A DNA stretch of 58,960 bases from an uncultured Lachnospiraceae bacterium (GCA_902774725.1 CACYJP010000007.1:1-58960), one strand, 5' to 3'; shown: positions 30,601 to 38,400, counted from the first letter of the stretch. The notes: a model not told the origin generated them from the letters alone. Translations and numbers: made by a program.

Positions 30601-31453
30601 TCTCAAGAACTTCTTCACTTCTAATTTCAAGCCTAAGCTTATCTTGATTTTTCTCTTTGCCCTTAAGCTTTTCATACAGCTGATCAGCACTATAGTAGCC
30701 AACCATATGTTCTTTTCTAGTCTGTATTCTTCTATCGATTATTCCTACAGTTCCGCCGGAAGTAGAATTTGTATACTCAAATTTACTTGCCACATCTGAA
30801 TAACATACAGAAAAGACCTGACCGGCTTCAGGTGAGAATTCAAGTGCTATACATCCGTTCAGTACAGATGTATCTGCCAAATAAGGAGATACTATATCAA
30901 ACAGAAGTGTTGTACCTGCTGATAAAGCTGTTCCCTCATGAGTCTTTCCAGCTCGTTCAATCAAATACTTGTCATAGTCACCCTTCTCTGCAACCAATCT
31001 GACAATAGTTGCCTTTTGGTTTGAAGCATCATTGTTAGAACCTTTAAGATATTCTTTCCAGATATTATCCCAATTGTACTTAACGACATCACTATCCGAA
31101 TTTCCGTTCTTGTAAATAATACTATGCAATAGGTCAGTATTATTTGCAGTGGCAAGCACATATCCATTATCTCCGCTCACATAATCCTTAGTACCGGACT
31201 TCCAAAGCGGACTCTGAACTCTGCCCTCCATAGCTCCACTGGCATCAAATTCTGTGAGCTGATTCTGTGCAGCGAAGAATATATCCTCCGCTACCGCTTC
31301 CTCATGGTTAAAGCGAGCATAATCCTGCCAAGCAAGACCACTGAATATAGTTATACTTAAGAGAATAGCCATAAGAGCAAGCACGACAATAAGCTCCACA
31401 AGCGTGAAGCCATTATTGTTATTGATTTTGCGCCTATTACTATACATAAACAT
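24647..31453 (-). CDS. Giant pilin (2268 aa) with many GLUG-like (V/I)GG(I/L/F)xG repeats; putative adhesin
   Basis: NNNG|FTLVE signal; repeated VGGIVG/IGGIAG/VGGLIG motifs across about 26200-29570; distinct C-terminal region after a GS linker. Confidence 0.85.
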   Translation of the reverse strand: MFMYSNRRKINNNNGFTLVELIVVLALMAILLSITIFSGLAWQDYARFNHEEAVAEDIFFAAQNQLTEFDASGAMEGRVQSPLWKSGTKDYVSGDNGYVLATANNTDLLHSIIYKNGNSDSDVVKYNWDNIWKEYLKGSNNDASNQKATIVRLVAEKGDYDKYLIERAGKTHEGTALSAGTTLLFDIVSPYLADTSVLNGCIALEFSPEAGQVFSVCYSDVASKFEYTNSTSGGTVGIIDRRIQTRKEHMVGYYSADQLYEKLKGKEKNQDKLRLEIRSEEVLEMIVHDGTGKIFNNDNVDRTLVFSLFNGDPGSGDASILDFSLTYNYANYKATSVEEGINNAVANPQVAKTNAGNDNYIIFNSGKYSSDSNAYQCRFPVWIDSNSGDMHIILDAADVQAESYAYYKAMMDENGTTAEKQAYNPDGYAYHKDLATKEDDPIGECIAFNSYAKDTVDINKRLIDIKNGRHLFNMRYETDYKSKSEIKNEFKLTENIDWAEFVGKAGDSNTNFFLNSFDEFVDSGIDLEIGDTKNIPYPGYRCLSKGDSFIQENAFDPDDATKNNYKISNLTISITDNIRYGVYDSVFYDPSYSAEDKQKYTDIKKHCMSDDFTEILGADGLSRRGMLPLGLFAENLGTIQNITLDKHVVRGMEVLRNDSDKNIIYTNMVGGFAGNNIGDVSGLTLLATDNKTHINGRTDVGGIVGRQSFSASPDKDVELSNLKNNAEVTGYENVGGIVGRVYVHYINDVNNTSQGDPGRWASDTRKNLYHDGYDITDTYKSMSRAYIFRAKTVSVKDCENTGHVTGDPMIYNESYRFEGKTIAGDSFRHCAFIGGIAGITQDGLIIDDSSMNNAVAAIQDYVSKRYYDNGSIQYVKVENCKSETLYVKKDELSESKMALFANGDSGCRDCYVGGLIGYARLTNIIECNNDNTTDADFSGDEIPFVIGQNYVGGLIGCSDESRIVLAEGSSSSYSAINKNLVIGERYVGGIAGAFGIGDITHYSLNFKEPALNEASQPSCVISNDVEGDLQKLTPHGDKKYRNRFIIKLCNKGIVLGVKNDKNLNYVLEKSSDTDRYSGIRNPNVGSGMIGGIAGACLNPIEVCDNIQSEDTKDYLLTLVGITEDDLDNTETVINKIEGSSFGGTCVGGLVGTVRRYGFLNRESIHGNRNELSNSNIDAIVFGQDYVGGAFGTVDDRYTNPYNFYPSIKNSTGRGIDGMVVIGRDVVGGFGGYVSKKFDNHVKSNGGTDTNFDNTQAITTPYKVYGRYAVGGYIGVAKHTDKDGSNNYVTAKIKMSSDNRISVNGIAYTGGFIGVCESSYPGYYAEISGVDVNGKYFTGGCFGALDTIKTDKDNYFTAQPNPHILSTVMNRTQSGKNNYVYVYDSSVNTTVFGGSVVGLYSIASSGYHFSSKDINNVPNGNLYNVAESLKSEGYYMDAASAFNTIVNSDIESGIFSQEIANSYTVDMATNANGKFFESAVSVNSELFAGGFFGYVPDGTKLTFKNFINKANLNATGSIGAESVNEMKSADGTNTDKFAYLGGVIGRIPRGMTVETCTNEVAVPENNYKAENATYLGGLTEVNAGKILYCENATEFSYGSGGVGAFAGVNGTNVTSILYNNNNATKEAVITLDKQGDTPRYLNSNGIIAGCKNTGKITSTDGFAGGIAAADGTSINTNVNRNSAITKCVNLGDISGKDAAGIVSKAGGKDIITYCRNYGNLTGTASTYGIAGAGVGDINKNLEAGNRSVTNIGDPVAPMASNNLTKNFYISGYTSDSQSGGSSTPVDINNKGKAYFNIDCSLAGMADKMYNKEEVDGSRQTTWSMGVNNNEDVSIVYSVLNEAGEPRSLKMKNFTLVFGNDGYAPGYTYVFDVEFLTKDANGKTVPAGPAVTSSVIMNEYTKMAEIEAPSNVDIYGINVEFHYSVLKDYNPWGANILYCCAYYMDGSGKHYINDISKIIDYDATSSELKLSGHFTDGQGNNNGIMSQAAPSQTSMPTDNNSYFKEIWLDNYTNKTYHISYDISSPSNGLDAQKIRLYWSQPFDSGNNQEYTVILSYLDSNGDEQKVYRYRKFNLASCPSDPYLFYDDINCVDCNGASIKPTKIDILLDYTDANGNPKTDICQANHYGAITWFDNTEQHNEKYLADKNNVYTYDMATEGNVSSTSIFENGSMYLVNSTEDWQTAVSSDHWSKQLLVNDRGMSSFNLAYSRSGVVKENLTTGTYANFTYDPNDVNVNAETRFNQFDKWFIEAFIDNPDYFGTGKEGMFVDPN

Positions 31454-31481
31454 ATTACCTTTCTAGATTTATTATTCATTT

Positions 31482-34400
31482 TTAGTCAGAAAAAGTTTCA
31501 TTCGGATACGCATTGACGCGCCAATCCTTATAATATCTTGATTCAGAACTCATAAAATATCCACCAGCAAAACGAGTTGCATCTGTCTTTGGTTTTGTGA
31601 CAATAACAGCTGCTGCGCCTTCTTCCTCAGGTTTTAAATGACTTTCCGGATTATACACTAAAACACCTGCGTTATAATCATTAGCCGATTTATAAGCATC
31701 ATGATCATACTGTCTTATACGCATCCAAGCATAAGCATTATCATCATTTGCATTATTAGTATTTGGTACTTTTCTAGTTTCAACGTTTTCTGCGCATCCC
31801 CATTGTGCACAAGCAAAAATACCACATCTGTTTTTATCACCAGCGGACTTATCGTAACCAACTCTGTTAAAAATAAATATTATTTTATTCAAATTAGTAG
31901 GTCTGAAATTTGATAAATCAATATATTGCATTTTATAACATTCATCAAACCAATACTGAACATTTGTCAGACTCGTACAGTCTGTAAATCCTCTCAAATC
32001 TAGTGTAGTCAAAACATGACATTTACTGAACATATATTCTACATTCTTTATCTTATCTGCAAATATGAAATCTGAACCCCCATCGGATTTTTTGACTGTA
32101 AAGGTGTTCAGCAATACACAACCGTCAAACATATGAGAAGCATATTCAACATTAATCGTATTAAGTCCACTCACATCAACACTAGCAAGCGTGCTACATC
32201 CTTTAAACATATAACTTATATCAGTAAGCGAACCACTTGTTGTTTCACCGGCCATAACTTTTGTTGTGTTAATACCTGTCAGATTTAAGTTATTGATACT
32301 TGAACAGCCCGCAAACATGTTCTTAGTAGTTTCAAGACTTTTTGCTGACACACCATTCAAAGTTACAGTCTTTAGCTTTGTTGAGTTCATGAACATCTCT
32401 TCCATAGACTCAACACTATCCATATTCTCACTTGGAAGATAAACATTTGTCAGATTTGTGACAGATTTAAACATACCTTCCATACTCGTAACGCCAGAAT
32501 AATCCCACTCGCTAAATGTTATCTGAGTGTCGCCTATTCCACATCCTTCAAACATGTGTGCCATGTTTTCACAACCCGAAGTATTCCAAGCATCCGCTCC
32601 GCATCCGGCAAAACTCATAGTTGAATAGCCCGCGAAAGCATAGCTGAAATCACCGTCCAGCAAAGGACTATCACTCTGAGAGAACCAATATATGTCAATC
32701 GTACCGTCAGGTTTTTCAACACTGCACGCAAACGATGGTATATCATATGTTTCGTCATTTCCGTCCCACAAAACAACAAGCTGTTTTGCATATCCATCAT
32801 TTATTACTACCCCATCATTACTATTAATTGTGAAAATAGTGCCGGTAGTCGCTAAAACCTTATCATCATCACGTTCTGTGGTATTAGTCCCTTCTAAGAT
32901 AGCACCGATACCGGAACAATCATCAAGTTTAGAAATAGCTGTATCATAATCTAATTTTGAGAATTTCTTTACATTTGCATTTCTGCCGCCTGCAAGTGAA
33001 AGTATTTGTCCAACAAAGCTCGATCCTGAAGCAGAACTTCCACTGTCGGATCTTCCTACAAACTTGGTTCTTGAACCCGGGTCGGTAATAGCTGTAAAAC
33101 TAAATTCATTTATATCCCTATTAGCTGTTACTACACTTCTTATACCGTCAATACCATTATCCGGTGTGCTTAAACTGTTTCCACCTATCTGATATGACCA
33201 ACCCTTGTGTCTATAATTAGGATCAACAATCAGTGGATCCTCCTCATATTCATCAAGTGTATCAACATAGTCATCCGGAGACATTTCTGCAAATCTATAT
33301 AAGAAATAGGTAGCCATATTACCACTATTCTTAAACCTTGAGTGGACGTCCGCATACAGTCTGATTGTCTGAGTTTTTTCAACTATTCCGACAAACTCAA
33401 AGCTTTGAACTGCAGGGCTTTGATCAGTTCCACCACTAACAGAAGGGTTGCTCTTAAACACCTTCTCCCATAATTCGCCAACACTTGTATACTGTTTTGG
33501 TTTTGTTCCTGTTTCCTTCTCGTAGGCACTTCCATTAGAGCCATTATATCCGCTAGCATAGAATGCCCATCCACCAAATGCATTATTATCTCTATCAAAA
33601 AGAATAACATTATCATCCATCTGACCAATAGAACATGCCGGAACATCATTTCCTGATGAATCCACCATTCCCGTATTCTTAGAATAATCAGCATCTGTAT
33701 TTCTGTATTTTCTGAAAATCACACTATTAACAGTTGTAGTGTTTCCTTCATCCTCGCCGAATCCAAGAGTATTTCCATTAAACGCCTTGAAATTGACCTT
33801 TACAGTATCGTATACCTGATACGCCCTTGCATATAGGTGACTTATTTGTCCATCACGAACCATTGCAATAAACTCTGAGCTATTTAAATCAGATTCTTTG
33901 ATCACCGTTTCAGACTTTGGATCATTAACAGCCCATCCTACAAACTTATAATATCCCTCAGACTCACCGTCAACTTTGATCTTATATCCTGTTTTTATAT
34001 CACGGCCACCTTCCCAATCGAACTCCTGGTTGGCTCCATTAAACTTATATGTCACTTCAAGCTCGCCATAGTTTCTCTTAGCAGGGGTATCGTCATCAGC
34101 AAATTCATCTGATAAGAAGTACACACCACCACCATTTTGCTTATAACCATGAAGCATAACTTTCTGAACAACAATAGGTGGATTATCATGATCATACCAA
34201 GTCTTGTCTCCGGGATCTATTGTTCCATATGCAGTATCACAGCCCGAGCTGTTAGGCCACATCTTTATTTCGTTATTACCGTACTGGCTAGAGCTTATAA
34301 GTTCCTTATACTTATTATTCTTCTCCAGTTCTGTTTCATTATCAAAAACATTCCACTCTTTTCCATCGTAGAAAAGAACCTTATTTCCATCCTCTTTAGA

Positions 34401-34817
34401 GGTTACAAACTTAGCACATACAACAGTGTAACTGGATACATTATCAAAAGTAGCAGCTGTCTTATTGGTCACAAGCTGATTTCCGGTCCATACAGTAAAT
34501 GCTGTACACTTTGACGAATCAAACGTTTCAATCTTATCCACACCAGACATAGACCAAGCCTTGTAACGCTTAGTTCCATCAAGGAGATTACCGCCCTCAT
34601 TATAAACCTCTGTAATTACAGTCTGAGAAGCCTTAAGAGCCGCGTTAGCATCAGCTATATATCTCTTCTTCCTTGCATCATCAGTAAATCCAAGCATAAG
34701 CGGAATAACTACAGCAGCGAGGATGGCAAGGATCACAAGCACGACAATAAGCTCCACCAGGGTGAAGCCTTTCTTTTTATTCGCTATTTTGTTATTCCTT
34801 TCCACACCTCTAATCAT
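31482..34817 (-). CDS. Large pilin (~1111 aa) with InlB-B/Listeria-Bacteroides-like repeats and BspA/DUF285-type LRRs (start reassigned to MIRG, which has RBS AGGAGG)
   Basis: KKKG|FTLVE; FVGW/FGGW/HKGW motifs; about 8 repeats of xxMFxxCxxLxxLDL type. Confidence 0.85.
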   Translation of the reverse strand: MIRGVERNNKIANKKKGFTLVELIVVLVILAILAAVVIPLMLGFTDDARKKRYIADANAALKASQTVITEVYNEGGNLLDGTKRYKAWSMSGVDKIETFDSSKCTAFTVWTGNQLVTNKTAATFDNVSSYTVVCAKFVTSKEDGNKVLFYDGKEWNVFDNETELEKNNKYKELISSSQYGNNEIKMWPNSSGCDTAYGTIDPGDKTWYDHDNPPIVVQKVMLHGYKQNGGGVYFLSDEFADDDTPAKRNYGELEVTYKFNGANQEFDWEGGRDIKTGYKIKVDGESEGYYKFVGWAVNDPKSETVIKESDLNSSEFIAMVRDGQISHLYARAYQVYDTVKVNFKAFNGNTLGFGEDEGNTTTVNSVIFRKYRNTDADYSKNTGMVDSSGNDVPACSIGQMDDNVILFDRDNNAFGGWAFYASGYNGSNGSAYEKETGTKPKQYTSVGELWEKVFKSNPSVSGGTDQSPAVQSFEFVGIVEKTQTIRLYADVHSRFKNSGNMATYFLYRFAEMSPDDYVDTLDEYEEDPLIVDPNYRHKGWSYQIGGNSLSTPDNGIDGIRSVVTANRDINEFSFTAITDPGSRTKFVGRSDSGSSASGSSFVGQILSLAGGRNANVKKFSKLDYDTAISKLDDCSGIGAILEGTNTTERDDDKVLATTGTIFTINSNDGVVINDGYAKQLVVLWDGNDETYDIPSFACSVEKPDGTIDIYWFSQSDSPLLDGDFSYAFAGYSTMSFAGCGADAWNTSGCENMAHMFEGCGIGDTQITFSEWDYSGVTSMEGMFKSVTNLTNVYLPSENMDSVESMEEMFMNSTKLKTVTLNGVSAKSLETTKNMFAGCSSINNLNLTGINTTKVMAGETTSGSLTDISYMFKGCSTLASVDVSGLNTINVEYASHMFDGCVLLNTFTVKKSDGGSDFIFADKIKNVEYMFSKCHVLTTLDLRGFTDCTSLTNVQYWFDECYKMQYIDLSNFRPTNLNKIIFIFNRVGYDKSAGDKNRCGIFACAQWGCAENVETRKVPNTNNANDDNAYAWMRIRQYDHDAYKSANDYNAGVLVYNPESHLKPEEEGAAAVIVTKPKTDATRFAGGYFMSSESRYYKDWRVNAYPNETFSD

Positions 34818-34919
34818 AAGGCACGTCCTCCTAATGATTGTGTGTAAAAAAACCATCCGAAAATTACACAATTCATCCTCATTCTCTGACCACCATAAGG
34901 ACAGAGTTCACCTACGATG

Positions 34920-34948
34920 ATTCTATCACAAAGCTAGTATTTATGCAA
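34920..34948 (-). promoter_or_regulatory. Sigma-A promoter TTGCAT-17-(TG)TAGAAT of the pilus operon
   Basis: Hexamers, 17-bp spacer, extended -10 TG. Confidence 0.65.
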
Positions 34949-34989
34949 TGTTATGGGGTTTTCTTCACGCATTGTTCATAATAGTTATG

Positions 34990-36390
34990 TCAACCAATTG
35001 CATTTTCATCCTGTATTTTTTCTTTCTCTTGTGTATTATTTTCTTCCTCTTGAGTTTTGCTGTCTTCCAGTTCTTCAAAATATAAGTTTTGTTTCAAAAG
35101 TGGTTCCATTGAAGTAATTGCTACCGCTATTATCATCAGGAACTCCGTTTCCCACAGCACGCCGTAGCTTAGCTGCCATACAGCAAGCAGCACTATTATC
35201 AAAGCTAACACTCTTGTTACAACTCTTGACACCGTATCCTTGCGCCTGCAGACCACAGCCGTTCCTCCGCTTCCCCAGTTATCAAAAGCCCAAGGAAGTA
35301 TCATCCTTACAACAAACGCCCCGAGTAGATACACAAGGCCTATCAGCACAGAGAAATACCCAAAGAACACGGCATAAATTGCCGATGTAACAAAGTAGCT
35401 TACTAATGCAGTCTTTGTTCCGGTCTCTTCCTTTGCGAGCAGCTTTGAGCCCCTATAAATCGCACGTAATATCACGCAAAGAAGCGCCGAAAGCACGAGC
35501 ACCATATAATAGAGCACACCATATTTCTGAGCAAAGACGTCTCTCAGCACAAAAGCACCAAACACCGCTGTTGCTATGTACATAAGATTCTTTATTATTT
35601 CTGTGATTATGATACGGCCGGAATCATCTGGTTTATAATCATCTGATTCATCATCTTCATTATCATCATTCTCAGACTCTTTGGCATCAAAGCTTCTTGA
35701 AACAAATGAAACTTCTTTTTCCACTCCTTCAGCCTCGAATTCACGCTTTGGATCTCCTGATTCCTCAACAGGCTCGTTGCTCAAATTATCACCTGTCTCA
35801 TCACTCGTATTAACCGATAAACTCTCCGCTATTTTGAGTGCCTCGGCCAGAGAATCTTCCTGCTTGTCTTCTCCCTCAGGCCAGAGCTTTTCTTCTTCAC
35901 TACTCTCTTTCAGATCATCACTTGAATCATCATCTGAATCATCATTTGAATCGTCGCTCAGCTCATCCGGTTCATCATCTAAATCATCAAGTATGCTCTT
36001 CTCTATTTTTTTACCATACACATCCGGGTGAAGATATACATCCTTCTCGACCAGCATAAACAGCATAGCTGATATGATAGTTATCGCAAGCGGTCTGGAT
36101 ATGTTATTGCCCGAAAAAAGTTCAAGTGAAACCACCATAACAACTGTTCCAACTGTATACATAGCTACATCTGTCACAATCGGAGAAAAGAGAGTTCGGT
36201 TGATTTCCTTAACATACATACGATCAACAAAAAACCTGACCGCAATAAACAGCAAAACAACAAGAGCGGCCGCAAATGCAGCTGACCCCTCTAAACTATA
36301 ACTGATTGCAGTTGAAGAAAGTCCTCCCACCTCAACACATATAAATATTTGTGCAATTATTGATACTATAATAAACACAATTGATGCCAT
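34990..36390 (-). CDS. Polytopic membrane protein with long central acidic low-complexity region (start probably MASIV)
   Basis: About 4 TMs, ~130 aa D/E/S-rich linker, about 6 TMs. Confidence 0.7.
   Translation of the reverse strand: MASIVFIIVSIIAQIFICVEVGGLSSTAISYSLEGSAAFAAALVVLLFIAVRFFVDRMYVKEINRTLFSPIVTDVAMYTVGTVVMVVSLELFSGNNISRPLAITIISAMLFMLVEKDVYLHPDVYGKKIEKSILDDLDDEPDELSDDSNDDSDDDSSDDLKESSEEEKLWPEGEDKQEDSLAEALKIAESLSVNTSDETGDNLSNEPVEESGDPKREFEAEGVEKEVSFVSRSFDAKESENDDNEDDESDDYKPDDSGRIIITEIIKNLMYIATAVFGAFVLRDVFAQKYGVLYYMVLVLSALLCVILRAIYRGSKLLAKEETGTKTALVSYFVTSAIYAVFFGYFSVLIGLVYLLGAFVVRMILPWAFDNWGSGGTAVVCRRKDTVSRVVTRVLALIIVLLAVWQLSYGVLWETEFLMIIAVAITSMEPLLKQNLYFEELEDSKTQEEENNTQEKEKIQDENAIG
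35914..35961. repeat. 12-bp coding tandem repeat (SxDD units)
   Basis: atcatcacttga / atcatcatctga / atcatcatttga / atcgtcgctcag. Confidence 0.6.
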
Positions 36391-36409
36391 CTTTTTTCCT
36401 TCTTCATGA

Positions 36410-36745
36410 TCATTTGATTTCATTTAATAAGTCTTGTAGTTCCGGAATGTCATTTTTAAGAGTTGAAAAAATAATACTCAAATCAACATTTCCATAATCA
36501 TGAACTATTCTATTTCTAAGACCATAAATAGCCAGCCATGGTACATTTGAATTTTTTTCTTTGTAATTATCACTTAGTTTTTTTGAATTCTCTGATATTT
36601 GAATTAATCTGAACATCATAGAATCAAGTAAAACCTCATTTTGTCCCAGCTCTTCCTTACTAATATCTTTTGTATTCCTTATAATAAAGCTTATATCTTC
36701 CATTATCTTATCGATATAATACTTATCATTCTTGTCGTTACCCAT
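36410..36745 (-). CDS. hepT: HepT-like HEPN ribonuclease toxin (DUF86)
   Basis: LIQISE, PW..I.GLRNRIVHDY (RX4HXY motif); overlaps MNT gene. Confidence 0.9.
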   Translation of the reverse strand: MGNDKNDKYYIDKIMEDISFIIRNTKDISKEELGQNEVLLDSMMFRLIQISENSKKLSDNYKEKNSNVPWLAIYGLRNRIVHDYGNVDLSIIFSTLKNDIPELQDLLNEIK

Positions 36746-37208
36746 ATATCCTTACTCCACACCTCAAAACTTCGTCCAATAGTTTTTCATTTCCAACAAC
36801 CTGCTTCAGATCTAACACGTCTACTTTTTTTAAAAGCCTTTCACGTAATAATTCTACCATTTCATAGTACTTTAAACCAGTTTCCGTTGTGGAAACAAGT
36901 AAATCGACATCACTTTTTTCGTTGGGATTATTCTTGGCATAAGAACCAAAAAGGATACAATAATCAACCTTGAACGAATCAAAAACATCAGAACAAGCTT
37001 TTGTTATGTCTTCAATAGATAATATTCCATTTTCTTCATCAATCTTATTATACTTTTCGATTTCACTCATAAAGTACTTATATTTTATAGTCTTCTCTTT
37101 TTTGGGATCATTTTCATATGTTATGTATGATCGTAGAGAAATACCTAAATCAGCAGCCACTTCTTCCTGAGTGAGTTTACGAGATACTCTTAACTCTTTT
37201 AAAGTCAT
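36738..37208 (-). CDS. mntA: XRE HTH fused to minimal nucleotidyltransferase (MntA-like antitoxin); start reassigned to MTLKE
   Basis: LKELR..LTQEEVA..LGIS..YE HTH; FGSYAK..SDVDL (GSX10DXD); RBS AGGAGG at 37215-37220. Confidence 0.88.
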   Translation of the reverse strand: MTLKELRVSRKLTQEEVAADLGISLRSYITYENDPKKEKTIKYKYFMSEIEKYNKIDEENGILSIEDITKACSDVFDSFKVDYCILFGSYAKNNPNEKSDVDLLVSTTETGLKYYEMVELLRERLLKKVDVLDLKQVVGNEKLLDEVLRCGVRIYG

Positions 37209-37229
37209 ATTGCACCTCCTCTCACATTG

Positions 37230-37258
37230 ATTATGCAATATTTGCATATCTTTGTCAA
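37230..37258 (-). promoter_or_regulatory. Sigma-A promoter TTGACA-17-CATAAT of the TA operon
   Basis: Perfect -35, 17-bp spacer. Confidence 0.75.
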
Positions 37259-37338
37259 CACAATGTGCAATTTTTGCATATTCGTAATTATTCAATGTGC
37301 AGTTTTTGCATATTATCAAAATTCAAATGTGCAAATAT
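37232..37338. promoter_or_regulatory. Array of palindromic operators TRTGCAR-N3-TTGCATA at exact 32-bp period
   Basis: Centres at 37240, 37272, 37304 and a half site at 37336. Confidence 0.75.
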
Positions 37339-37467
37339 AAATACCGATATATTAGAAATCGATATACTACTTAACATAGACACATAAACCGTCTATATGT
37401 TATCATAGTTCATAGGTATTTTAACAAATCTTTTGGGCAAAAACAAAATTGGAGGTTTATTTTTATC

Positions 37468-38400
37468 ATGAAGAAAAATGTTTCATTTCTGTCTTCTGAT
37501 GAGGTAACTCGCATTCACGCAGTACAGTGGATTCCGGCCGGACAGCCAAAGGCTGTTGTTCAGCTGATTCACGGAATGTGTGAATATATCGAGAGATATG
37601 ATGATTTTGCGAATTTCCTCAGAGAAAACGGATTTCTGGTAGTGGGACATGACCACCTGGGACACGGTCAATCTGTAAACAGTATTGAGGACTGGGGATA
37701 TATAACCGAGAATTCTCCTGCCAGAGCACTTGTAAGAGATATACATCACTTAAGAGTTCTCACCCAGAAGAGATATCCGGGTATCCCGTACTTTATGCTC
37801 GGACATAGTATGGGCTCCTATCTTCTCAGAAGATATCTCACTCATAAGGGCGAAGGACTTGCAGGAGCAATCATAGTCGGAACAGGAAGTGAGTCCGATA
37901 CTAAAACCAGAGTTGGTCTCACCCTTGTAAGAGCGCTGGCTCGTTCTAAGGGATGGCACTACAGAGCAGAAAGTCTTCAGGAGATGACTTATAACTCAGC
38001 ATATAAGGCTTTCGACACAACAAACACCGATCCTGAAAACAGCTGGATATGCAGTGATCCGGAGATAATGAAGACATACTTTGCCGATGCACGCTGTGGC
38101 TTCTTATTCACAACCAGCGGCTTCGAAGCGCTTCTCAGCACTGTTCTTTTCGATAATCAGAAGAGAAATATAGAGCGAGTTCCGAAAACTCTGCCGATAC
38201 TTATTACATCCGGCGAAAAGGATCCTGTCGGTGGACTTGGAAAGGGCGTAAAGACTGCTTACCAGCAGTACGTTAAAGCCGGTATAACAGATATAGACTG
38301 TGTACTCTACCCTGACGCAAGGCACGAGATACTAAATGAGCCAAATAAAGAAATCGTTTATAATGACATAATGGAGTGGATAAATGGCCATATGGCTTAA
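37468..38400 (+). CDS. Alpha/beta hydrolase (lysophospholipase/monoacylglycerol lipase-like)
   Basis: HGMCE..RY, DHLGHG, GHSMGS, DPVG, RHEILNE. Confidence 0.92.
   Translation: MKKNVSFLSSDEVTRIHAVQWIPAGQPKAVVQLIHGMCEYIERYDDFANFLRENGFLVVGHDHLGHGQSVNSIEDWGYITENSPARALVRDIHHLRVLTQKRYPGIPYFMLGHSMGSYLLRRYLTHKGEGLAGAIIVGTGSESDTKTRVGLTLVRALARSKGWHYRAESLQEMTYNSAYKAFDTTNTDPENSWICSDPEIMKTYFADARCGFLFTTSGFEALLSTVLFDNQKRNIERVPKTLPILITSGEKDPVGGLGKGVKTAYQQYVKAGITDIDCVLYPDARHEILNEPNKEIVYNDIMEWINGHMA

Noticed and set aside
24647-34817. Diversity-generating retroelement or invertible cassette acting on the giant pilins
   Set aside because: No reverse transcriptase, recombinase or long nucleotide repeats seen in the window
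34818-34871. Upstream start of the 1129-aa ORF
   Set aside because: RBS AGGAGG supports the ATG at 34817
34818-34920. c-di-GMP-I/II riboswitch ahead of the pilus operon
   Set aside because: Consensus elements (GGCAAA/GAAA tetraloop; GGGCAC/GTGCAAC) not found by eye
37209-37319. 37-aa N-terminal extension of the HTH-MNT ORF
   Set aside because: Overlaps promoter and operators; RBS supports the start at 37208
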